A stretch of DNA of 64,000 nt, from the NCBI RefSeq assembly GCF_009914755.1, contig NC_060932.1; one strand, written 5' to 3'. A program made the translations under genes and the position numbers. Under the pieces are notes generated by a model. That model was not told where the DNA came from and searched no databases. It worked only from the letters and a program-made list of their open reading frames with translations. This document shows positions 49,382 to 64,000 of this stretch, one piece after another. Position 1 is the first letter of the stretch, and each line of letters begins with the position of its first letter. The stretch is from the human T2T-CHM13v2.0 reference genome, Homo sapiens.

Positions 49382-49680
49382 GCCAGGCAGAGGCTCACTT
49401 GTAATCCCAACACTTTGGGAAGCCAAAGCTAGCAGATCACTTGAACCCAGGAGTTCAAGACCAGCCTGGGTAACATAGCAAGAACCTGTCTCTAAAAGTA
49501 ATCTTTAAAATTAGCCAGGTGTGATGATGTGTACCTGTGCTCCCAGCTACTTAGGAGGCTGAGTCAGGAGGATCACCTGAGACCAGGAGATCGAGGCTGC
49601 AGTCAGCCATGCCTCCACCATCACACTCCAGCCTGGATGACAGAGTGAGACACTGTCTCAAGAAAAAGAAAGAAAGAAAG
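49382..49680 (+). mobile_element. AluJ
   Basis: Sense dimer. Confidence 0.85.
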
Positions 49681-50820
49681 GAATTTTACACCATGAATTT
49701 ATACAATATTTACCTATCAAGTAAAAACAGAAGAGAAGGATGAGCATTTGAGTTGTACAAATGAGACTAAGGCTCAGAGAGATCAGGCTGCCTGCCCAGG
49801 GTGCAGTGCTAGCAGGTAGCCATATTGTGGTGTCCACCAAAACTTTGCCCAAGTGCCACGCTGCTGCCTGAATTCCCTCCTCTCAGAATTTTGTTTCCTT
49901 TATAGGTACCTCCTCAACCCATCCTTTCCTTTCCTCCTGCCCCTTCTTAGTCTTCAGAAATAACTTAGGGCCATGAAGCACTGTAGAGAGAAGAGGCCTG
50001 TCTCAGAGGGAGGAGCAGGGATGGGGACACAGCAATCAGTGGCATCGTCTGGCTTCCTGAGGCTCTGGTGCCTGCACTGCCAGATCTCGCCAATTCCTGT
50101 AGCCCCATCTCCATTGGTTATCCAGATGCTTCCTCTAGGGCCCCCAGGTTATCCAGATGCTGCCTCCGAGCTGCAATCAGGGTGATGCCACACCCCTGGC
50201 CCTAGTTTCACTCAGATCATTGCCAGCTTCTGTTGTCAGCTGTGCTCACTCAGCACTTGGCCTCTTGGTCCACTGCGAGTGTCTGTGACGTCATTCTGGC
50301 CTACACTACAGCTTAGGTGTGGACCCCAAAGACTCCGAGTTACAATCAGGAATCCCACTCTGGTCTCTTCACTGTCCTCTCCCCTCTGTGCTCCGTCTCA
50401 TCCTGGAGGCTGCTCTGCCGGTCTGAAGCTTTCCCCGCTTCCTTCCACCTGGCTGCTTGTCCCTGTCTTCCATGTCTCAACCCAAACCCCACTTCTCCAG
50501 AAAGCCCTTCCTGATGACTCCAGCCATTGCCACTTCCCCTGCCTCAGCCCCTCGACAGGCACCATCTTCATCATGCATGGGGGCACTTGACTTTGAATTT
50601 TTTTATAATTACATCTTCTCCTATTCTCTAATGGTTTAATATTTTCCTTCACTGTATTTCTTTAAAGATCAAGGGCTACACCACAGCGTGATTACATAAC
50701 TTTGCACAGAAGTTTTATGTCTAGCACAGAACTTAAGCCCATAGGAAGTGCTCAACAATGAATCTTCATAAAGTTAGTAAATCAAAAATTGACTGGATGC
50801 ACATGTGATGGTACATCTAG

Positions 50821-51470
<650 letters not shown>

Positions 51471-51775
51471 GAAAAAGCATTTTTTATCTGAGTGCCTTCT
51501 GTTTTCTAATAACTGAGCTGCACTGAAGGAGAAAGGCATACAGGATGAGAATAAGCTACAGCTTCTGCTCTCTAAGGTTTATAGTCTACCGGGGGAGCAG
51601 AACTATAAATTAATGATTGTAGTGCAGTGTGATAAATGCAATAATTAAAATAGCTGTGACATTCCACAGTGGGGGCAGAAGTCAGAGCTGCTATGATTGC
51701 TCATAGAGCAGACTTCACAGAACACTTTATATGGGTCTTGAAGGATATGTAGAAGTTTGCCAACTGTAATTAAAA

Positions 51776-52258
<483 letters not shown>

Positions 52259-53139
52259 GTTGTTTACTCTGGAAGTTATCATCATTTACCCCATCTATGG
52301 ATGCCAGCCCATCTGCCCAGTCATTTTCATGCTGGACCAAGAGCTAGGAGACACCTTGGGCAAGGCTCCCCTAATTCTAGTAGAATATCCTTGTAGGACC
52401 AGTTCCCTGGGGTTTGCGTGTGACCTACAATCTTAGTTTCAATGTAACATCATCCAAAGTAATTAAAAATACTTTACCCAGAGATTGACATTAAATTCCC
52501 TTCTCTGTACCCAATTAAAAAAAATAAGAGCCTTATTAGATCTACAATAAGCCCTGATTAGAAACAGCCTGTTTGAAAATCAGTAAACTCTTCTTAATCC
52601 CTCCAGTGGAAAAAGAGAGAGGCTCCTCTGTGTCTTCCCTAAAAAGTCAGTATTTATACAAAGCCTCAGGTTGCTGGATTCGGAGACACCGAGCTGGCCT
52701 GTCCCTCCCCGAAGCCGCCTGCACCCTCTGAGTTCTGCCTGACTTATTTGGCTATAACTAATCTCTGCTCTAGGCTTGCTTACATTTTTGGGTTACCCTT
52801 TCGCCTGGAATGCATCTCAATGTTCTCATTAGAGATGTCTTCCCAGCCCCAGCCCTCACTCTCCTTTTGTTGCTGTTACTTTCTGTCCTGCCATAAGTAA
52901 TCTTGATTGCTCCCAGCATACAGCCAAGTCCTGGTGTGTTCCCCATCACTCTGACACTTTCTGCTCCCACACAGGCCAGGCTGAGGCCCCGGGATGCTTC
53001 CCTCCCTCCCTCCTCTGTCTCTACAGCCAGGCAGCTTAAGTATTTACAGTAGGATTTTTAAAATAAATTTTTAAAATTATAAAATATATTGTATGCTTTT
53101 TATAGAAAACTGTAAAGGAAAATATTTAGAAAACCCTTA

Positions 53140-53509
<370 letters not shown>

Positions 53510-53510
<1 letters not shown>

Positions 53511-53960
53511 TTGGACATGACTTTATGTGAATGGCACTTAACTTGTGTGGTCTTTCTCCTCCAAATTCATAACCCAAGTCTAATTATGAGAAAAACAGCA
53601 GACAAATTCAAATTGAGGGACATTCTACAAAATACCTGACCAGTACTCCTCAAAACTGTCAAGGTCATCAAAAACAAGGGAAGTCTGAGAAAATGCCACA
53701 GTCACAAAGGGACATGACCACTAAACATAATGTGGTATCCTGGATGAGATTCTGGAACAGAGAAAGGACATTAGAAAAACACTTGAGAAACCCCATTTAA
53801 GTATGGACATTAGTTAATCATAATGTATCAGTGTTGGTTCATTACTTGTGACAAATATAAAATGTTAACAATAGAGGAAACTGGATACCATATGGGAACT
53901 CTATTATCTTTGTAACTCTTCTGTAAATCTAAAACTATTCTTAAATACAAAGCTTATTTT
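53510..53960 (+). mobile_element. L1MC-like 3' end
   Basis: gagggacattctacaaaatacctgaccagtactcctcaaaactgtcaagg motif. Confidence 0.7.
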
Positions 53961-53973
53961 TAAAAAGTACTAT

Positions 53974-54285
<312 letters not shown>

Positions 54286-55226
54286 TAAGAAAAATTAAAA
54301 AGTACTACATTATTATTGGGTACAAAATTCAAATAATACAAAAGCATATAAAATAAAAGACAATAGTGCTCTGCTTCTATCTCCTCATGTCTAAATTGGC
54401 ACCAGACTTATTTTCTGGGATATGCATAGTTAAGCTCATGTTGCAAAGACAAATTTGAATGCTGGCTTTTTTTGTTGTTGTTTAATATTACAGCATAAGC
54501 ATTTTCCCATGTACGTAAGAACTCTTCTTGAAGACAATTGTATAGGTTACGTAATAATCATTGCACTATTTTCTTGTCTAAATTAGCTGTGATCCAGCCC
54601 TTATGTTTCCATGAGGTTTGCTTTCATTATCCATGTCTTAGAGGGTTTCCCCCTGCAAAGAACTGCTCCTCTGTTTTCTCCAAGGCAACAGGGAAGTCAG
54701 CAAAATCTTCATCCATGTTCTCCTGGGCCTCTATAAAACTTTAGTCAAATGTATTTCAGTAGAGTTCAAGTGTAAAGTCTTTCTTTTTTTGACTTTTTCC
54801 CTTGTCTTTATTGCTCACAATAAAGGGACTTATCTATTAGGGATACCCAGGTGCTGTCATTGCTGATGGCTAAAAAGCATAATGTTTGAATGTTGATGTA
54901 CTGGATAGAATAGTGCCCCCAACAACCCCACCTCAAAGCCATATTCATCCAGAACCTCAGAATGCAATGTTATTTCAAATTAGGGCCTTTGCATATGTAA
55001 CTTGGTAAAATGAAGCCACACTAGATTAGGGTGGGCCCTAAATTCAGTGACTGGTGTCCTTATAAGAAGGCCATGTGAAGACAGAGACATACACACAAAT
55101 GGAGATGGAGAAGATGGAGACAGAGATTGGAGTGATGCATTTGTTTACAAGCCAAGGAAAGCCAAGGATGGTGGCCACTGCCAGAAGCCGGAAGAGAGGC
55201 ATGGAACAGATTCTCCCTTAGAGCCC

Positions 55227-55582
55227 TGATATGATTTGGCTGTGTCCCCACTCAAATCTCACCTTGAGTTATAATAATCCCCATGTGTCAAGGGCAGGGC
55301 CAGGTGGAGATAATTGAATCATGGGGGCAGTTTCCCCCATATTCTTCTCCTGATAGTAAATAAGTCTCATGAAATCTGATGGTTTTATAAAGGGGGGTTC
55401 CCCTGCACACGCTCTCTTTTCTGCCACCATGTAAGATGTGACTTTGCTCCTCATTCACCTTCCTCCATGATTGTGAGGTCTCCCCAGCCATGTAGAACTG
55501 TGAGTCCATTAAACCTCTTTCCTTTATAGATTACTCAATCTCAGGTATGTTTTTATTAGCAGTGTGAGACCAGAAAAATACA
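55227..55582 (+). mobile_element. THE1 solo LTR
   Basis: tgatatgatttggctgtgtcccc...aataca; TSD (a/g)gccc. Confidence 0.88.
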
Positions 55583-55689
55583 GGCCCCTAAGAAGGAACC
55601 AACTCTGCTGACACCTTGACTTTCAACTTCTAGATTCCAGAATTGCAAGAGAATAAATTTCTATTGTTTTAAGCCACTTTCTTTGTGAT

Positions 55690-56295
<606 letters not shown>

Positions 56296-56884
56296 CCTTT
56301 GTGATATTTCATTTTGGCAACCCTTGCAAACTAAATACAATGGGCTGTGGCCTTAGAGGGACCTGGGTCTGAGCACAGCTCTGGCACTTCTGTGGAATAC
56401 AGGGCCGTGGTTCTGGCTGCCCGGGTCAGCAGACATCTGAGGGGATTCACAGAGCCCACGTGCAAAGCCGTGAGCAAAGGGCCAAGCGGTGTGCTGGTGT
56501 ATGGGATCACATCCTTCTCCTTGATCTCTCCACCTGCTGGCCATTCCTTTCTGGTCAGACAGAGAAAGTACCACAAAGATCCACTTCCCCCACTTTTAAC
56601 TGTATCCATATTCTTTCTAGGAGATTTAAGTTGTTGTTTGCCAGAATATGCCTTTAATACAAAAAGCCTCCAGGTTGAAAATATGTTGGCTTTAAAGCTT
56701 TGGCTATGACAAAGCAAATTACTTCAGAGCTTCATTTAGTCCTAAATTATTTATAGAGGATTTGCTTTGGGAATACACGTGTGTGCACATACATGCACAC
56801 AGCCTTGACAGCGATTGCTATATTTTCCAACTAATGGAAATGCTAAAATGAGCGTGTATTACCTTCATAATAAAAACATTTTTA

Positions 56885-57195
56885 GGCTGGGTGCAGTGGC
56901 TCATGCCTGTAATGCCAACACTTTGGGAGGCTAAAACAGGAGAATCACTTGGGACCAGGGGTTCAAGACCAACCTGGGCAAAGTAGGAAGACCCTGTCTC
57001 TACAAAAAAATTAAAAATTAGCTGGGTGTGGTGGCAGGGACCTGTAGTCCTTGCTACTCAGGAGGCTGAGGCAGGAGAATTGCTTCAGCCCAGGAGTTCA
57101 AGGCCACAGTGAGCTGTGGTTGTGCCACTGCACTCTAGCCTGGGTGACAGAGTGAAACTCTTTTTGTTAAAAAAAAAAAAAAGAAAGAAAAAACT
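56885..57195 (+). mobile_element. AluJ
   Basis: Sense dimer. Confidence 0.87.
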
Positions 57196-57681
57196 ATACT
57201 TTCTTTTATAGGAGGATGCCATATCTGCCACAAAAACTGATTATGGATGGAGAGATTCTCCGTAGATGAGAGGCTCAGGTTGGGGAGGAAAATGTAAGTG
57301 GGATGTTGGCAATAACTTTTAATGTGTGAGACCTGGGAACTTCTCAGCTCCAAGAAGTAATTGTCTTTAAGGTGCTATGGGGTACCGTGAGGTCCTGAGG
57401 CAAATGTGTAGAGAGGGTTGAATTCCCCTCACGAGGGTGGTGTGGGAGTGGTGCAAGACAGCAGAGTCTTGAAAGAGTTTAGTGACTCAGTATGACAATG
57501 GGGCCAGAATGGCAAAGGTAAATACTTCTCAGTCTTTTCTTGGGCTGCTGTGAATGAGAACCAGGAGGGAAGGTGAAGTCTGTGGGCAGAGGGGAAAGCC
57601 TCTGGGGTTTGCCACAAGAAGGCGGACCACACCTGCCCACAGCCTCCTTCGGTGTCCTCTGGAGGTCCCAACATCCCTTCC

Positions 57682-58264
57682 TGTACTAGTTATCTCTGGT
57701 GGCTTAACCTCAAAACTTACTGGCTTAACATAACAAGACACATTTGTTATGTCAGAGTTTCTGCAGGTACGGAATTCAGGATTGAATTAGCAGGATAATT
57801 CCGACTTGAGGTCTCTGAGGAGGTTTTAGTCAAGATGTCAGCGAGGGTTGCAATCACGTGAAAAATTGACTGGGACTGAAGGAGCCATTTCCAAGGTAGG
57901 TCACTCACACGGCTGGCAGACTCAACACGGCTGTTGGCAGGAGGCCTCAGTTCCTTGCAAGGTGGATGCCTCCATAGGGTTGGCTTTCCCCAGAACAAGT
58001 ATCCAAGAGAGAGCAAGGCGGACATGCATTGTCTTTTATAACCTAGTTTCAGAGTCACACACACACACACAGAGTATCATTTCCATATATCTTATTGATT
58101 ACACAGGTTGGCCCTATTCAGCGGGAGAGGGGGCTACACACACACACACACACACACACACACCACAGACAAAACCAAAAGGTAAGAGGGTCTCCTTGGA
58201 GGGTGCCGTCTTGGAGGCCGGCTGCCACTCTCCACAGGGTGCCATCTTGGAGGCTGGCTGCCAC
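57682..58264 (-). mobile_element. MLT1 (F/G/H-like) LTR with (CA)n tracts
   Basis: tgtactagttatct start; gccatcttggaggctggctgccaca end. Confidence 0.75.
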
Positions 58265-58317
58265 ATTCTCCATAGAACTAAGCCATGGGTGTGCCTTCAT
58301 CATTGGATCCATGGCTG
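58099..58317 (+). repeat. Local direct duplication, copy 1
   Basis: Colinear with 61686-61883; contains (CA)n and an internal 36-bp tandem. Confidence 0.9.
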
Positions 58318-58509
58318 CGACTCAGTGCAGGGAAACCAACTCTGGGGCTGGGAACTTCCAAAACCTGAGCAACAATGTGTTCTTTCTGAATCCTCAAAGT
58401 GAAGCATTCAAAATATGTCCAGCCAGGCTCCCAAGGTTTATCCCAAAGGGGTTAGAAATCCAAGACACACCACCATAATCTATCTGAATTCAACATTTCC
58501 CCCAATTCC

Positions 58510-59560
<1,051 letters not shown>

Positions 59561-59569
59561 ATGTTCTTA

Positions 59570-59838
59570 TTTTATTTTATTTTATTTTATTTTTTGAGAT
59601 GGAGTCTCACGCTGTTGCCCAGGCTGGAGTGCAGTGGTGCAATCAGCTCACTGCAGCCTCTGCCTCCCAGGTTCAAGCAATTCACGTACCTCAGCCTCCC
59701 AAGTAGCACCCACCACTATGCCTGGCTAATTTTTGTATTTTTAGTAGAGACAGGGTTTCACCATGTTGGCCAGGCTGGTCTTGGACTCCTGACCTCAAAT
59801 GATCTGCCTGCCTCGGCCTCCCAAAGTGCTGGGATTAC
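59570..59838 (-). mobile_element. AluS, 5' truncated
   Basis: TSD ctc(c)ctaatgttctt. Confidence 0.88.
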
Positions 59839-60909
59839 TCTCCTAATGTTCTTTAGCGAAGGGCAGGCACCCATGGTAGCGTGCCTACCATGTGGTGGTG
59901 TCTGGGAATACAGGGTCAGCCGCTCCGACCTTGACCCTTCCTTTTTTGTCTTTCCCTCATTTTCCCCCCTGCTCCCCACCTCCTTCCTCTCCCTGGGCAT
60001 CTAGTGTGCACAGTGCCCTGGCTTGGGTAGCCACCCAGCTCTCCTGAACCTGCTAACACTTCCTGGGCAGTTGATTTCAGCTCTATTTCTATGAACTTTC
60101 CTTCCTTTTTTTATCAGTGGCCAACCCCTCTGTGGTGCACCCTGCATCCACCCCAGGGATCATTTGAATGCACTTTGGTAATGAACAGGAAAGATCTTGT
60201 CCATTCCTAGGGTACCAAAGACACTGGGAAATAGTCCTCCCTCCTCATTTGTTTTTGTGGCTAGGTCTAACTGCCTAAATAAACCTCTCTCCTCAGTCTT
60301 CTCGCTCAACAACAAGGTACTGGGAAGTTTTCCTGGGCTTAGAGTAAACACCAGCTTCTGCCACACAGACATAGACACACGCGTGCATGCGCAGACACAC
60401 ACACACTCACACACTACACCAGCAGCCTTACACTCAGATCAATTCTCTCCCACCATCAGCCCAAGCCTCTGAGTCTCCATTAGGGTGAGACAGGAGCTAT
60501 TGAAGCCCACCCAGGTAAATGCCATGTTCAGAGGCACAGCCACAGCCCTCTGAGCTCTGTAGCCTCACTGCACCTTGCCCTTGGTAAGCCAAGGACCTCC
60601 TGGCCAGCCTCAAGCTCCTACTGTCCCATCCAACCTCACTGATCACTTGGCTGCAGGACAGAAACACATGCTTGGCTCCAGAGAGCAAGGACCTCCTATT
60701 TGCCACTCTAAATATTTATACTCGGTTCTGCCACACTCCCCTGCATTGGGATGTTGAGGACATGCAGTAATGACCTTCTCGCTGTGTTTGGGAGGGAGAG
60801 GAAGGACAGGCTCAAGCATGCAGTTCACAGAGCCAGTGACGGGCTGAAGGCCTGGCCCATCTAGGGGTTCTAGAGCCCAGGGAGCAGCATCGGACCCCAG
60901 CAGCTCTAG

Positions 60910-61267
<358 letters not shown>

Positions 61268-61685
61268 CCAGAAGTTAGACATTGAGTCTGAAGACTTCGT
61301 TCCAGCCTCTGTTGCTGCCTGTGTCTGAACGCCTGGCCTTGTCAAGCAGCTGGAACCAAGGACCCAGAAAGTGCCAGGTCCCTCTTCAGTGCACAGACAT
61401 GCATGGCTATGAAAACATCTCAACACATGGGCCGAAGCCTTCGGCCCCTTCTAGCAGCAGCTGCCTGCTATGTGTAACTTCATTCGCTGTAGGAATCCCA
61501 TGCCCCAAAAAATCTCTGTACAAGCCATGACTAAAGTGTACCCCTCTTACTTCCAGCAGGGCTGCGTGTATTTATTTTAGACATAGGTTCAAGTGGGCTT
61601 CTGGATGGCATGACAGCCGCAGTGGAAATGCTGGTGCCCTGTTTCATCAACTCAGGGGTGGAGGGGTGGCCAGTTACCAGGGAAG

Positions 61686-61883
61686 TTACATAGGTTGGCC
61701 CTACTCAGTGGGGAGGGAGCTACACACAAACAGACAAAACCAGGAGGTGAGAGTGTCTCCTTGAAGGGTGCCATCTCGGAGGCAGGCTGCCACTCTCCAC
61801 AGGGTGCCATCTTGGAGGTTGGCTGCCACATTCCCCCATAGGACTAAGCCATGGGTGTACCTTTATCATTGGATCTATGGCTG
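61686..61883 (+). repeat. Local direct duplication, copy 2
   Basis: Colinear with 58099-58317, roughly 85% identical by eye. Confidence 0.9.
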
Positions 61884-61888
61884 GGAGA

Positions 61889-62095
61889 TTTTGTTGTTGA
61901 GACAGGTTCTCGCTCTGTCCGCCAGGCTGGAGGGCAGTGCTGCGATCATAGCTCACTCCAGCCTCAAACTCCTGGGCTCAGGTGATCCTCTCACCTCAGC
62001 CTCCCAAGTAGCTGGGATTATAGGTGTGAGCCACCATGCCTGGCTAATTTCTTCATTTTTTGTAGAGACAGGGTCTCGCTATGTTGCCCAGGCTA
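61889..62095 (-). mobile_element. AluJ, truncated
   Basis: Antisense Alu abutting duplication copy 2. Confidence 0.82.
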
Positions 62096-62323
62096 TCACC
62101 AGGTATTTTTAAAATGAACTCAACGGACAAGACTTTTGTCATTTAAAGAGGCCAGGAGAAGTGTTATCAGAAAAGGGTGCCAGGGTTGGTGGGAGTGAGC
62201 CCACCTGGCATTGTTTGCCATCAATGTCACCCTTCAATGTTTAATCAAGCCCCCCTTCCCCAGGTATGGGCCCTTTCCTAGCCTCTGTCCCTCATTCAGA
62301 TCTATCTTCCCCTCACTTCTATG

Positions 62324-63426
<1,103 letters not shown>

Positions 63427-63529
63427 TAGGTTGTATTCGGGATTTCAGATGGCTTACAAAAATACCAGATGGATTGGGCAAAATAAGAGGAGAAAAAATT
63501 TTAAGGCCAGGTTATGCCTTTAGCACTGA

Positions 63530-63895
<366 letters not shown>

Positions 63896-64000
63896 TAGGA
63901 ATAGCATATCTTGTTGTCTCTCAAAAGTGAGAACAGAGCGAAATCTCCCCCAGTGGGCCCAGCCAAGGAGCGCTGTTGCACTATCTCACCCGAGAAGAGT

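Noticed and set aside
56331-56717. Overlapping 120-128 aa ORFs on both strands in unique sequence
   Set aside because: No recognisable homology, non-ATG starts, and no pseudogene hallmarks (poly(A), TSD)
57848-58478. 184-aa and 127-aa ORFs with an internal repeat
   Set aside because: They lie in MLT1 LTR, (CA)n and the 36-bp tandem; no coding evidence
59872-59892. Hairpin catggtag-cgtgc-ctaccatg as a possible miRNA or structured RNA
   Set aside because: An 8-bp stem is expected by chance in 64 kb and is too short for a pre-miRNA

Overview
Human-type (primate) genomic DNA with very high Alu density. The first 20.4 kb carry coding exons 2-7 and the 3' UTR of DCTN6 (dynactin p27) on the + strand; exon 1 lies upstream of the window. 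The exons splice into [23 protein letters not shown]...KGSSTPVKN*. Intron 4 is a GT-AG minor-spliceosome (U12) intron with a perfect 52-bp tandem duplication just inside its 5' end. The remaining ~43 kb look intergenic, with many more Alus, an internally deleted L1MB, Tigger remnants and a dense set of solo LTRs (THE1/MST, MLT1, MLT2A, MER4, MER21, LTR17/HERV-W). I found no convincing new gene system. The most unusual structures are: (1) a ~206-bp inverted duplication with a 144-bp identical core 2-5 kb past the DCTN6 poly(A) signal, with template-switch junctions; (2) a ~200-bp local direct duplication near 58/62 kb; (3) an LTR17 inside an Alu that appears to have lost its TATA box. Repeat subfamily names come from recalled consensus sequences, and repeat boundaries are approximate unless a TSD is cited. 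Nearly all of the supplied ORFs are Alu/LTR artefacts.
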